This document shows positions 49,570 through 60,067 of a stretch of 64,000 nucleotides of DNA, piece by piece; position 1 is the first letter of the stretch, and each line of letters begins with the position of its first letter. The stretch is from Bacteroidia bacterium. GTDB lineage: Bacteria; Bacteroidota; Bacteroidia; M30B66. Made by a program: the position numbers and the translations under genes. The stretch lies in contig OZ257142.1 in NCBI GenBank assembly GCA_965279035.1, positions 3,680,001 to 3,744,000 of the forward strand, written 5' to 3'. Under the pieces are notes generated by a model. The model saw nothing but the letters and a program-made list of their open reading frames with translations. It had not been told where the DNA came from and made no database searches.

Positions 49570-49656
49570 GGGCAGGCTATCCGCTATAGTCCTCATCGTA
49601 TGCCATAGCCTCTGGCGAAGGCATACACTGCGGGCTGTCGCTTCTATCCTTACCGC
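49570..49656 (-). repeat. Inverted copy of the 47268 element
   Basis: Reverse complement of the outer arms reads gtaaggatagaagcgacagcccgca..gaggactatagcggatagc. Nested hairpin tatgccatagcctctggcgaaggcata at 49599-49625. Confidence 0.8.
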
Positions 49657-49707
49657 TCGATTAAACTATCTAAAGCACGTTTAATTGTAATCTACTCGCC
49701 TATTGAA

Positions 49708-50469
49708 TCATTTCACTTTCTCCACTCCGATCATCACCCCAAAATCTCCATCCAAGGAGTTTTGCTTCTTTTCCGGACAATACATTCGAGATACAAAACC
49801 ATCTAAATACAAGGCATTACGGCATCCTTCGTTTTTAAAAAACAATGCAAAATCGTATAAATTAATTTCCTCTTTCGAAATAGCAAACAACACATTTCCA
49901 TTCGATAATAGTCCAACACCATTCCGAATATTTATATGGCTTGAACCTATTTTAAATTCAGGGTGAATTTTTCCATCAATCACCAACATAGGACCCGATT
50001 GTGTGGCAAATCGAATATTTGCATCTTGCTTAAAATCCTCCGTCCGACAAACAAGTGCATTTCGATTTTTCAATACATAAAAAACACCATTGGGCTTTAA
50101 ATAAAAATTTCCATTTCCCGATTTAGTATTCAACGATTGAATTGTTTTATATTCTTCAATATACAATCCCAAGGGAGACTGATCTTCGGTGTACATGCCA
50201 CCATTCATGGCAAATTGCAAGATTTTACCATTTAATTCCACCTTGCTTTTTAATTGCTGAATTGATTTTATTTTATTGCCTGCTGCATCTTTCCAATAAA
50301 ATCTCAAGTCTTGTTTTTGGGTATTTATTTCGAGAGAAATTATTCTAGAATCAGCATAATCTTTCACTATTGATGGAAAATCAAAACTTACCAAAAAGCT
50401 AACTAGAACAACTATCCAAACGAGTACGATAATATTCTTGAACTGATTAAATAAAAGATGCTGTTTCAT
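49708..50469 (-). CDS. Phosphodiester glycosidase (YigE/NAGPA-like) family protein
   Basis: FAMNGGMY, PLGLYIE, GNFYLKPNGVF, ATQSGPMLV, RNGVG, ALYLDG.VS. Confidence 0.88.
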   Translation of the reverse strand: MKQHLLFNQFKNIIVLVWIVVLVSFLVSFDFPSIVKDYADSRIISLEINTQKQDLRFYWKDAAGNKIKSIQQLKSKVELNGKILQFAMNGGMYTEDQSPLGLYIEEYKTIQSLNTKSGNGNFYLKPNGVFYVLKNRNALVCRTEDFKQDANIRFATQSGPMLVIDGKIHPEFKIGSSHINIRNGVGLLSNGNVLFAISKEEINLYDFALFFKNEGCRNALYLDGFVSRMYCPEKKQNSLDGDFGVMIGVEKVK

Positions 50470-50481
50470 TTTTCCATTCAG

Positions 50482-50868
50482 CTATTTAGTTTTCCCAACT
50501 CTCCAAGGTGGATTCATTCTATTTTCTCCAGCCGTGTAAAATATCAATTGATTACCATCTAAATCTTTTAAACGAGCTTCACGCCAAAGCCAAGGTTTAT
50601 CAATTGGCAATTCATCAAATCTAATTCCCTGAGTAATTAATTTAGCAACATATTCATCGAGATTTTTTAATTCAAAATACACCCAAATTCCATCTCCTTG
50701 AGGCAAGCTTTCAACGCGATGAAGCGATAGTGTAGAGCCTTTATCTGGACAAACAAATCGTGCATATTCAGGAATCGATTGAACAATTAATTCAAGTCCC
50801 AATGTTGAATAAAATGCAATAGATAGCTCTACATTCAAAACGGGAAGAGTTACCTGATTCAAATTCAT
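50482..50868 (-). CDS. VOC/glyoxalase family protein
   Basis: LNQVTLPV..S..FY..LG; PWLWREA.L.D.DGN. Confidence 0.9.
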   Translation of the reverse strand: MNLNQVTLPVLNVELSIAFYSTLGLELIVQSIPEYARFVCPDKGSTLSLHRVESLPQGDGIWVYFELKNLDEYVAKLITQGIRFDELPIDKPWLWREARLKDLDGNQLIFYTAGENRMNPPWRVGKTK

Positions 50869-50871
50869 CTC

Positions 50872-53217
50872 TTAATTGTCTTTATTACGAATACACGATT
50901 TATCTCCGGGATTTAAATACGTACAAAAATATCCGCATTCCTCAATTACATCCTGATAATATTGAGTATCCGAAAAACTCGATTTCATTAAATTAAAATA
51001 AATGCCCGCTTTAAAATCTCCTTGTACATTCTCTTCATTGCCATTCACCAAATTATACTCGCCTTCTAACCATAAATTGTGTTCACACTTTGCAGCCATC
51101 CATGCACATTTAGCTTTAAATTCTTTATTCGGACTCCAATTCATCGCTTTTAAATACCAACGTTGTGCTTCTGCACAATCATAATAAGAAGACTTCTTGC
51201 GAGGTTCGTTATCGTACGATTCCAAATGATAGGTATCAATATAATCCCAATTTACTACCGTTGAAGAAACCGTACGTGCATTGCCATACCATGTCATATT
51301 ATACAATCCATTGGCATATAAAAACGCATTATTCGCTTTTTCTTGTGCATCTTTCGGACTAACTGTCTTATTACGTAATTCAAGCATCTTGATAGAAAAG
51401 CTTCTCTTGGTGTATTTTACTTTCTGAAACTTTTGATGATCACAATCGTGACAATCTTGAATGCTCATATTAAATGGATTTCCCAATAATTCATCATTAC
51501 CGCTAGTTGAATGTTTTTCAAAATAAGCATTCGCTAATTCAAAATTGTATTTATACATCTGCCCAACTGCTTGCACTTCATATAACTGCTGAATTTGAAC
51601 AGGATAAGAACCCAATAAAAAGTCCTGCAATGGTGTTTTATCGGGACGTTTCATAAAATCAATCATCAATTGTACTTGTGCTGAATCATTCAAAAAATCG
51701 AAATAATGATTCTCACTTAATTCCGACATCAGAGGATTGTTCATGCGCGTATAAATTCGAGACATTCCATTTCGGATAAAACGTTCCGTTGCTTCTGTTC
51801 TCAATGGATATCCATTCGATTGATAACCCGATATTTCTTTTAATTGTTGCAATAATTTTTCTTCATCAGCCGAAGTCATTTGATTAATCGATTCAACAGT
51901 TCGCAATGCTTTAATGATGTATAGTTGACGAGCTATAATTCCTTCTGCGCCTTTATCCGCAATGGCTATCCATTCGTCACAAGCGGCTGGTTTATTCGCA
52001 AGCCAATTTAAATATGCAGCTGATGTTGCCCACACATCCTTACGAACTGGAAAATTGCGTGCTGTGTTTTCGACAAATTCCAACAATTCGGTTGTGGCCT
52101 TAGTGGAATCAATACTTTTCCATGAATTAAATGCATCCGAAGAAGTTGTTTCTTCTCCTGTATAATCCGAATACATATAATCGTACTCGCTCATTTCAGG
52201 AACGTTTTTCAATAAACGTACTTCCGCTAAATTCACCGAACGAACCAATAAAAGATCTAATAAATTGGATGTTGGATCAATAGCAATAATTTCCCGCATT
52301 CCCTTTAATGGATCAGCATACACGCCGAATAAATGCCATAGCAAACATTTCTCTCTTGTCGTTTTTGCCATGGCCAACAAGGCATTCCAATCGGCTTCTT
52401 CCAAAGGATGAAAACTGGTAAATGCATCTATGCGATGTGGTTCATATTCATCATAAATGCGAGCATAAATAAAATTAGATTCTGCATAACGATGAAGCTT
52501 ATATAAGCAAGCTGCTTTATATCCCAACGTGCGATAAAACATACTTCCATCCACTGGTTCCATCTTTACATGCTCCTCATAAAAACGAACGCCATCAGCA
52601 TAATTCCCCAATAAATAATTCACACGCATTACTTGAAATGCATAGCGATTTTTAATTCTTTTATCTTTTTCCCCTTTCCAGCCTTTAATTAATTCGGGTA
52701 AAAGTGTTTTTTGTCTAAACGTATCTAATGGCGCTGCATTCCAAGAATAATATTCGTAAGTAAATGCATGCTCCACTTCTTTTGCTTTGCGCAAATAGCT
52801 CAAACCTGGAGCGTATTTCTTTGTATTAATTAGTTTAGAATAATTGGTAATTCCAGGATTCATTTTCCCATTCGTCATTTGAATCAAAGAATCAAGATGA
52901 ACAATGGGGCTTTTATGCACTAGATATTGAACCGATTCAAGAGAAATTAAATGATCAAAATACTGTTCCCATTCAGCAGCATTATTAGGCTCATTACTGA
53001 GATTTCGATCACCATCGTTGTATCCATAATAATTCTCATATGTGAGAAAAAAAGGTTCAAATTGAGAACTACTTATTATCTCAGGTGAAAAAAGCGACAT
53101 CTCAATAATGTCAATCGGATCACCACCTCCACATCCCATCATGGGTTGAGGAATGATAGGAATTAATAAAAAACTAATCGAAAACAGAATAGATATCTTC
53201 GAAAGATTGATTGCCAT
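50872..53217 (-). CDS. Large secreted helical/TPR-like hypothetical protein
   Basis: Signal peptide followed by Cys; helical motifs RYAFQ..R..Y, KA.C.WMAAKCE, T.YY..VI.ECG.F. Confidence 0.75.
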   Translation of the reverse strand: MAINLSKISILFSISFLLIPIIPQPMMGCGGGDPIDIIEMSLFSPEIISSSQFEPFFLTYENYYGYNDGDRNLSNEPNNAAEWEQYFDHLISLESVQYLVHKSPIVHLDSLIQMTNGKMNPGITNYSKLINTKKYAPGLSYLRKAKEVEHAFTYEYYSWNAAPLDTFRQKTLLPELIKGWKGEKDKRIKNRYAFQVMRVNYLLGNYADGVRFYEEHVKMEPVDGSMFYRTLGYKAACLYKLHRYAESNFIYARIYDEYEPHRIDAFTSFHPLEEADWNALLAMAKTTREKCLLWHLFGVYADPLKGMREIIAIDPTSNLLDLLLVRSVNLAEVRLLKNVPEMSEYDYMYSDYTGEETTSSDAFNSWKSIDSTKATTELLEFVENTARNFPVRKDVWATSAAYLNWLANKPAACDEWIAIADKGAEGIIARQLYIIKALRTVESINQMTSADEEKLLQQLKEISGYQSNGYPLRTEATERFIRNGMSRIYTRMNNPLMSELSENHYFDFLNDSAQVQLMIDFMKRPDKTPLQDFLLGSYPVQIQQLYEVQAVGQMYKYNFELANAYFEKHSTSGNDELLGNPFNMSIQDCHDCDHQKFQKVKYTKRSFSIKMLELRNKTVSPKDAQEKANNAFLYANGLYNMTWYGNARTVSSTVVNWDYIDTYHLESYDNEPRKKSSYYDCAEAQRWYLKAMNWSPNKEFKAKCAWMAAKCEHNLWLEGEYNLVNGNEENVQGDFKAGIYFNLMKSSFSDTQYYQDVIEECGYFCTYLNPGDKSCIRNKDN

Positions 53218-54199
53218 AACGTGCAGTATTTGCAGAATCTAAATGAAAAAACACGACGTGAAATGTACTGCTTTTCATGTATGGATTCACCTGCTCTGCT
53301 GCTCTTTTACAGATTTCGGGATTTATTTCTTCTACCCGCAATTCATCTCCTTCTTGAAAATAATCTCCCCTGAAAAAACAGCCTTGCATTGGTAAAAATA
53401 AACCAGCTGCTTGTTCTCGAAAAAGACCGCTTTTGCGAACATCGACTAAGGTTAAATTATTTAATATTGAAATCATATCACCCGGCTTCTTATGAACTCC
53501 CCACGTAAATATGGGCAATGCCACATCTAAAGGCAAAGGGTAATCTTCCACATATGTTACATAGCGAACAGCAATATCTGGATCGTAAATCGAATTACGC
53601 ATACCCGGTTCTTTCAAACTTCCCATGTTATAATACATGAGCATCCCTCGATCTACGGGAGGAATTCCTGTTTTTTGAGGATATTTTATTTGATGCAATC
53701 GAATCGTACAACTGATCTGCTTCGACGTTCCTGCCTGCTTTCTTAATTCGTTGATAAAAGCAAAAAACACCTCTTTATTCGCATCCGTCCAATCACAATC
53801 TAATTGTATTTCTTTCCAATGAATTCTTCGTAACGAAAGTGTTTGGGAAATCAACAGAAATACATTCTTTGCTAATGCTGGAATTTCTTTCGCCGGAATC
53901 TTATTGATCGATTCATTCGTGATATATACTACCGGAACAACTTCTAAAAAGGCGGGTACTGAATTTTGAAAACTCAACTTCCCAATGGGAACTGCTTGTT
54001 TTTTCGTTTCATCCCAACCAACATCAAACATCCGTAAATACAATCGATCATTCTTCAATTCTGATAATAAAGCGCTGTCTTCATTTGTAAATCGAAATTC
54101 TGTTTTCCAATAATAAAATGCCCGATGTACTTCCCTATCCGATGAACAGGCTTGCACAATCAACAAAAAAATCAGAAGAAATCGAATCATCCATTTCAT
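53174..54199 (-). CDS. Hypothetical lipoprotein, DUF3142-like / GH18-like barrel
   Basis: Lipobox VQAC; FYYWKT, LYLR.FDV, EIQLDCDW, TIRLHQ.K, PPVDRG.LM.YNMG, LDVALP.F.W. Confidence 0.72.
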   Translation of the reverse strand: MKWMIRFLLIFLLIVQACSSDREVHRAFYYWKTEFRFTNEDSALLSELKNDRLYLRMFDVGWDETKKQAVPIGKLSFQNSVPAFLEVVPVVYITNESINKIPAKEIPALAKNVFLLISQTLSLRRIHWKEIQLDCDWTDANKEVFFAFINELRKQAGTSKQISCTIRLHQIKYPQKTGIPPVDRGMLMYYNMGSLKEPGMRNSIYDPDIAVRYVTYVEDYPLPLDVALPIFTWGVHKKPGDMISILNNLTLVDVRKSGLFREQAAGLFLPMQGCFFRGDYFQEGDELRVEEINPEICKRAAEQVNPYMKSSTFHVVFFHLDSANTARYGNQSFEDIYSVFD

Positions 54200-54329
54200 T
54201 CAGCGAAAGATAAAATGCTCTGCACAAATTTCTCCGACAAAATTGACACGCTTCATGCATCCGATTTTTTAAAAACCTTTTCCTCCCTTGCCTGTTTCCT
54301 TCGTACTTTTATCGCCCGAAACCTGAACT

Positions 54330-54920
54330 ATGTCATTTGTCCCAACAACCGTGTACGCCGAATCAACGCCCAATCCCAATACCATGAAATTCGTGGCAAA
54401 CCGGCTTATCGTTGAACCGAATCGTATTGCTGAATACTTAAATGCGGAAGGTTGCGAAGGTGCACCTCTTGCTCAAGAATTATTTAAAGGTGGCTATGTG
54501 AAATCGCTATTCTTCAGCAACAATTTTGTTTCAATCACCAAAACAGATGCGCAAGATTGGTCGAGATTAACCAGTGCTGTTCGAGAGTTTTTGACCGATT
54601 ATTTTACCAAAGGACTTCCCGTTATTGAAAAATATCCCGAACAAACGAATCCTGTTCAAGAGACACAAACAGTTCAACCTATTGAAGGAAGTACCGAAGA
54701 AGCAATCATTGGGATTTTAGAAGAGTATATTCGTCCAGCCGTTGAACAAGACGGTGGAGCCATTACATTTCGCTCATACAACGATGGCGTTGTTACAGTT
54801 GCACTTCAAGGATCTTGCTCTGGTTGTCCTTCTTCTAAAGTAACACTCAAATCGGGTATTGAGAACTTACTGGTTCGTATGGTTCCGGGTGTTAAAGAGG
54901 TAGTTGCAGAAGAAATTTAA
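54330..54920 (+). CDS. NifU/NfuA family Fe-S carrier
   Basis: TPNP.TMKF N-domain; IRPAVE.DGG; GSCSGCPSS..TLK.GIE. Confidence 0.93.
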   Translation: MSFVPTTVYAESTPNPNTMKFVANRLIVEPNRIAEYLNAEGCEGAPLAQELFKGGYVKSLFFSNNFVSITKTDAQDWSRLTSAVREFLTDYFTKGLPVIEKYPEQTNPVQETQTVQPIEGSTEEAIIGILEEYIRPAVEQDGGAITFRSYNDGVVTVALQGSCSGCPSSKVTLKSGIENLLVRMVPGVKEVVAEEI

Positions 54921-54965
54921 TTCCGATTTATTTTTTTACTCGGTGAGATTGTTTAGTTTCACCCT

Positions 54966-56654
54966 ATGAAAAACGGCTACACTTTTCTTAAGGGTTTGAT
55001 ATTGGCACTCGCCATTTCCCCTGTTTCTGCTCAAACATCCGCAATTCAAGTTGACACCACACTGAATTGGCAACAATGGATTCCAACTATTTTAGGAGGA
55101 AATTGTGTTCAAGTGAGTAATGTCACTTTTACGAATCAACCTGGCTCTGCTTCTCGATTTACTTCAGGAAGTGGAATAGGCTTAAGTCAAGGAATCGTTT
55201 TAAGTTCGGGTGCTTTAGGAGGCGACGTAAGTAACGACCCAACTTTTTTCTTAGGAAGCACTTTCCCTTTAGGTACGAGCGATCCTCTTCTTGAACAATA
55301 TGCTTTACAAGATTTAGGATACACAGGAAATACAACTTCTTTCGATGCTACTCGTCTTGAGTTCGACTTTACGCCACCAGCAAACCAAACAGTTACCATT
55401 CGTTTCGTATTTGCTTCCGAAGAATATCCCGAATTTGCTCCTCCTGTCAGCAATTTTTACAATGATATTTTTGGCTTTTTTGTCCGCCAAATCGACAGTA
55501 CCAATTATACAAACATTGCGATGGTGCCGGGAACAACACTTCCTGTAACAATCGGAAATATTAATGCCGTTACCAATTCTGAATTTTATTTAGAAACCGA
55601 TTCATTAACAAGTTTTGCTTTTGATGGATACACTACACCAATGACCGCTACCTTCAATTGCATTGGTGGCGTAACATATCATATGATTATTGCCATTAGC
55701 GATATTGGAGATAGCTATTTTGATTCGGCTGTTTTCCTTGAACAACAAAGTAATAGTAGTCAAGATGTAAACGGAATGGCAAGTACGCTTATCGGTCCAA
55801 TGGAACATGGAGATGCCGAACTGTTTGGATTCTCAATCAACCCAGGTGCTTTTCCAAGAATCGATAGTACAAGTATCGGAACGGGTGGAAATTTCAGTTT
55901 TCATAATGTAGAAGACGGACTTTACCTCATTCATATATTACCTGATACAAGCATTTATACCTTATCAGTGCCAACCTATTTCGGTGGAGCCTATTTGTGG
56001 GAAGATGCACAACCAGTTGCCATTGCTTGTGATGCTTATGCAACTAGCGCTTCTAGTTTAGTTATCAATACTGGTCCTGGAGGAATAAGTGGAACTATTG
56101 GAGGAAGTTCTGAAGGTTTCCGTCTACGCTCCGAAGACTTAATTCCGGTTCCAAACGTAAGTGTATTCTTACAAGATTCAGCAAGTACCGAACTTCGTGG
56201 ATATGCTCGTTCCGATGCCAATGGAATCTATCATTTCAACAATTTGGCATACGGTACTTATTATGTATTGCCTGATGTTGCTGGTGTTCCTTTGCTAGAT
56301 TACCGCAAAGTGGTGATTAGTCCTTCTAACCAACAAGTCGATTTGATCAGTTTCCAATTGACAATGGCTGGTGTATTAGATGTGATTGAAGATCCTACAG
56401 GAATTGAAGAAACTACTGTATCTGGATTTAGTATTTATCCTAATCCTGGTCATTCACTTGTTACTATAAACCAAACAAAAGATCAAGAAGCTGTTTTGAT
56501 TGTACGCGATTTAAGCGGTCGTGAGCAAATTCGTCAGTTAATTACTACTCGCCAAACAAGCATTGATTTGAGTTTACTCAGCGCAGGTGCCTATTTGATC
56601 GAATATCGTAATGCAAACAATCAAAGCGAATACGCTCGTTGGATTAAGGAATAA
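54966..56654 (+). CDS. T9SS type-A cargo with choice-of-anchor-L-like domain
   Basis: GIVLSSG, DA..LEFDF, FASEEYPEF..ND.FGFF, NIA.VPGT, FDG.T, I.D.GD..DSAVFL; IYPNP..GAYLI..RWIKE. Confidence 0.85.
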   Translation: MKNGYTFLKGLILALAISPVSAQTSAIQVDTTLNWQQWIPTILGGNCVQVSNVTFTNQPGSASRFTSGSGIGLSQGIVLSSGALGGDVSNDPTFFLGSTFPLGTSDPLLEQYALQDLGYTGNTTSFDATRLEFDFTPPANQTVTIRFVFASEEYPEFAPPVSNFYNDIFGFFVRQIDSTNYTNIAMVPGTTLPVTIGNINAVTNSEFYLETDSLTSFAFDGYTTPMTATFNCIGGVTYHMIIAISDIGDSYFDSAVFLEQQSNSSQDVNGMASTLIGPMEHGDAELFGFSINPGAFPRIDSTSIGTGGNFSFHNVEDGLYLIHILPDTSIYTLSVPTYFGGAYLWEDAQPVAIACDAYATSASSLVINTGPGGISGTIGGSSEGFRLRSEDLIPVPNVSVFLQDSASTELRGYARSDANGIYHFNNLAYGTYYVLPDVAGVPLLDYRKVVISPSNQQVDLISFQLTMAGVLDVIEDPTGIEETTVSGFSIYPNPGHSLVTINQTKDQEAVLIVRDLSGREQIRQLITTRQTSIDLSLLSAGAYLIEYRNANNQSEYARWIKE

Positions 56655-56748
56655 AGTCGAATTCAATCTTGATAAATGAATATTTCACATTCCACTTCTT
56701 TGGATGTAAATTTCTATTATCTTTGCCCTCCCTTAAAAAAGCCCTGAT

Positions 56749-57294
56749 TTGGATTATTTACGTCAATTCAACGTCCAGTTCTCCGGTTTAAGCGAGGATG
56801 TCCATGAGTTTCATTATGAAATAAAGGACGAGTTCTTTAAGGAATTTGATAATGCTGTTGTGGATGGTGGCGACATTCAAGTTGATCTGGAATTAGATAA
56901 ACAGACCAATTTGATGACGCTGAATTTCCGTTTCGCGGGTATTGTACAGGTAATGTGCGATCGATGTGCGGCGGTAAATCCCTATCCGGTGGAAGGCAAA
57001 TCCCGCTTGATATTAAAGCTGGGAGAAGGTGACACACATGATGATGAATTGGTAATTCTGCCTCGAGGCGAATACGAGTACAACATTGCACAGCATTTAT
57101 ACGAAGAAATCTGTCTTTCACTTCCCTTGCGCGTTGTACCTTGTGAAGTGACTGGCGATACGAGTATGTGTGATCAGTCGGTTATTAATCGATTGGAAAA
57201 CTTGCTCGTTGATGAAATCCCTGAAGAAGGAGAGGAAGAAGCGATTGATCCCCGTTGGGAGAAATTGAGAAACCTCAACAAAGAGACTGAGTAA
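56749..57294 (+). CDS. YceD/DUF177 family protein
   Basis: CDRC and DPRWEKL; precedes rpmF; promoter TATCTTTG at 56718-56725. Confidence 0.9.
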   Translation: MDYLRQFNVQFSGLSEDVHEFHYEIKDEFFKEFDNAVVDGGDIQVDLELDKQTNLMTLNFRFAGIVQVMCDRCAAVNPYPVEGKSRLILKLGEGDTHDDELVILPRGEYEYNIAQHLYEEICLSLPLRVVPCEVTGDTSMCDQSVINRLENLLVDEIPEEGEEEAIDPRWEKLRNLNKETE

Positions 57295-57324
57295 GCATTT
57301 TTTTGAACGATTATATAAGAACCC

Positions 57325-57516
57325 ATGGCACACCCGAAACGGAAAATTTCGAAGACCCGCCGAGATAAACGCAGAACACACTACAAGGCTGAATTGCCTA
57401 CATTGTCGAAGTGTTCTACAACCGGAACGATTCACCTCTTTCACCGCGCCTACTTTGTAGACGGAGCCCTTTATTACAAAGGGAAACTAGTGGTTGAGGC
57501 TAAAACCAACGCCTGA
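57325..57516 (+). CDS. rpmF: 50S ribosomal protein L32
   Basis: [19 protein letters not shown]. Confidence 0.97.
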   Translation: MAHPKRKISKTRRDKRRTHYKAELPTLSKCSTTGTIHLFHRAYFVDGALYYKGKLVVEAKTNA

Positions 57517-57554
57517 TATTCCTGAGGTCTAACGGCTGAACGGGGAAGATATCC

Positions 57555-58499
57555 ATGCGCATCGGCCTCGATATCATGGGAGGGGATTTTGCCCCTCAGG
57601 CTACCATTGGCGGAGCTGCGCTGGCGGTTGATGCTCTTAATGCATCCTGCCGGCTTGTTCTCATTGGGGATGAGCCTTCAATTCGTACATCCCTACTTCA
57701 AGCTGGAGTTGATTCCAATCGTTTCGATTTTGTTCAAGCAACTGAAGTAATCGAAATGGGCGAAAATCCAACACGGGCTTTTACTCAAAAACCATTATCT
57801 ACCATCAGCACTGGATTCCGACTTTTAAAAGATGGAGAATTAGATGCTTTTGTTAGTGCAGGAAATACAGGTGCGATGTTAGTCGGATCTGTCCTTAGTG
57901 TGAAACCCATTGATGGAATTCAACGCCCATGTATCATGTCTCTCATGCCCAAAGAACATGGTGGATTTGGCATTTTGCTAGACGTTGGGTCAAACGCCGA
58001 TTGTAAACCCGAAACGCTCTATCAATTTGCACTCATGGGTTCGATGTATGCAGCTAATGTGCTCGGTATTTCCAATCCTAAAATTGGACTTATCAATATT
58101 GGTGAAGAACCCGAAAAAGGGAACGAACTTTCGAAAGCTGCATTTCAACTTATGAATACTACTTCCGATTTTAATTTCATCGGAAATATCGAAGGGCGCG
58201 ACTTGTTTAACGACAAAGCAGATGTCATGGTATGTGATGGCTTTACTGGAAATGTCGTTTTGAAATTGGCAGAATCCTTTCACAGCCTTTTCGCTAAACG
58301 TGGATTTTCTGATCCTTACCTCGATCGATTCAATTATGAAAACTATGGTGGCACTCCAGTTTTAGGAATCAATGCTACCGTAATCGTTGGTCATGGAATT
58401 TCCAATGCTCCAACAATAAAAAATATGATTCTTCTAGCGCAAGAGGTTGTCAGCGCTGGACTTACAGATAAAATCAAAGCAGTTTTACAACATGACTAA
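57555..58499 (+). CDS. plsX: Phosphate acyltransferase
   Basis: [43 protein letters not shown]. Confidence 0.96.
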   Translation: MRIGLDIMGGDFAPQATIGGAALAVDALNASCRLVLIGDEPSIRTSLLQAGVDSNRFDFVQATEVIEMGENPTRAFTQKPLSTISTGFRLLKDGELDAFVSAGNTGAMLVGSVLSVKPIDGIQRPCIMSLMPKEHGGFGILLDVGSNADCKPETLYQFALMGSMYAANVLGISNPKIGLINIGEEPEKGNELSKAAFQLMNTTSDFNFIGNIEGRDLFNDKADVMVCDGFTGNVVLKLAESFHSLFAKRGFSDPYLDRFNYENYGGTPVLGINATVIVGHGISNAPTIKNMILLAQEVVSAGLTDKIKAVLQHD

Positions 58500-59487
58500 A
58501 CTTCGCGCAGCCATTACCGGCGTCCAAGGATATGTACCTGAGTACATCCTTACCAACAAAGAATTGGAGAAAATGGTGGACACAACGGATGAATGGATTT
58601 TAACGCGAACTGGAATTTCTGAGCGCCACATCTTAAAAGGTGAAGGTTTAGGTGTTTCTGATATGGCTGTTGAAGCTGTAAAAGGATTGCTTGCTAAAAC
58701 CAATACCAAAGCAGAAGACATCGAAGTGGTGATTTTCTGTACCGTTACTCCTGACATGGTTTTCCCTGCAACTGCTAATATTCTTTCCGATAAAGTAGGA
58801 ATGAAAAACGCCTGGGGCTTTGATTTGGGTGCAGCTTGTAGCGGATTTCTTTATGGTTTAACTACCGGAGCCCGACTCATTGAATCGGGCGCTCACAAAA
58901 AGGTATTGGTTGTTGGTGGTGATAAAATGTCGGCCATTGTTGATTATACCGATCGTGCAACCTGTGTTATATTTGGTGATGGTTGTGGTGCCGTTTTATT
59001 AGAACCGAGTGTGGATGAAAACGGAGTGATGGATTCAATATTAAAATCCGACGGTTCGGGACGTGAGTATTTGCATCAAAAAGCGGGTGGTTCTGTTAAA
59101 CCTGCTTCACATGCTACCATTGATGCAAAAGAACATTTTGTATATCAAGAAGGGAAATCAGTTTTCAAATTTGCTGTTACGAATATGGCAGATGTTTCGG
59201 CTGAAATCATGGATCGTAATAATCTAACTGCCGACGATGTTGCTTGGTTAGTTCCTCATCAAGCCAACAAACGTATTATTGATGCAACAGCAAATCGTAT
59301 GGGAGTTGGAAGTGAGAAAGTGATGATTAACATCGAAAAATACGGAAATACAACCAGTGGAACCATTCCGCTTTGCCTTTGGGAATGGGAGAAAAAACTA
59401 AAAAAAGGAGACAACATTATCCTTGCTGCTTTTGGTGGTGGTTTCACCTGGGGAGCAGTTTGGATAAAATGGGCGTATAACTCCTGA
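58492..59487 (+). CDS. fabH: Beta-ketoacyl-ACP synthase III
   Basis: AACSGF, FGDG, PHQAN.RII, YGNT; ATG at 58492 overlaps the plsX end. Confidence 0.96.
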   Translation: MTKLRAAITGVQGYVPEYILTNKELEKMVDTTDEWILTRTGISERHILKGEGLGVSDMAVEAVKGLLAKTNTKAEDIEVVIFCTVTPDMVFPATANILSDKVGMKNAWGFDLGAACSGFLYGLTTGARLIESGAHKKVLVVGGDKMSAIVDYTDRATCVIFGDGCGAVLLEPSVDENGVMDSILKSDGSGREYLHQKAGGSVKPASHATIDAKEHFVYQEGKSVFKFAVTNMADVSAEIMDRNNLTADDVAWLVPHQANKRIIDATANRMGVGSEKVMINIEKYGNTTSGTIPLCLWEWEKKLKKGDNIILAAFGGGFTWGAVWIKWAYNS

Positions 59488-59546
59488 GTTTGTCGCTTAC
59501 ATAATTTTATATATTTACCGCCTCATCACCCAAATACCGAATCTCT

Positions 59547-60035
59547 ATGGACATCCGGGAAATCCAGGATCTTATAAAATTTGTCGCCAAATCGGGCGTA
59601 AGTGAAGTATCACTTGAAACCGACGATTTCAAACTAACTGTTAAAACAGAATCTGCCAAGTCGGGCAAAGAAACAATCGTATATCAGGTTCCTGCCGAAG
59701 TGAGCGCTCCTGTGGCAGTAGCTCCTGCTCCTGTTTCAGCGGCTCCAGCGCCAGCTCCTGCTGCTGCAGCCCCTAAAGTGGAAGTGCCTTCCAATACGAT
59801 TACGATCAAATCTCCAATGATTGGTACTTTTTACCGTTCAGCTGGACCTGACAAAGCAGTCTTTGTAAATGTTGGTGACGAAATCGCCGAAGGCAAAGTA
59901 ATTTGCATCATAGAAGCTATGAAATTGTTCAATGAAATTGAATCAGATGTAAAAGGACGTATTGTTAAGGTATTGGTGGATGACGCCTCTCCTGTTGAAT
60001 ACGACCAACCTCTGTTCCTTGTTGAACCAGCATGA
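59547..60035 (+). CDS. accB: Acetyl-CoA carboxylase biotin carboxyl carrier protein
   Basis: SPMIGTFY, EAMKLFNEI, Ala/Pro linker. Confidence 0.96.
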   Translation: MDIREIQDLIKFVAKSGVSEVSLETDDFKLTVKTESAKSGKETIVYQVPAEVSAPVAVAPAPVSAAPAPAPAAAAPKVEVPSNTITIKSPMIGTFYRSAGPDKAVFVNVGDEIAEGKVICIIEAMKLFNEIESDVKGRIVKVLVDDASPVEYDQPLFLVEPA

Positions 60036-60067
60036 ACCACCGTTTAGACGGTTAAAACCTAGGTAAC

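Noticed and set aside
51435-51456. Heme c motif in DCHDCDH
   Set aside because: Spacing is CxxCxH, not CxxCH.
57325-57516. L32 with only one Cys as a zinc-starvation paralog
   Set aside because: It sits in the canonical yceD-rpmF-plsX operon, and Cys-poor L32 is common in Bacteroidota.
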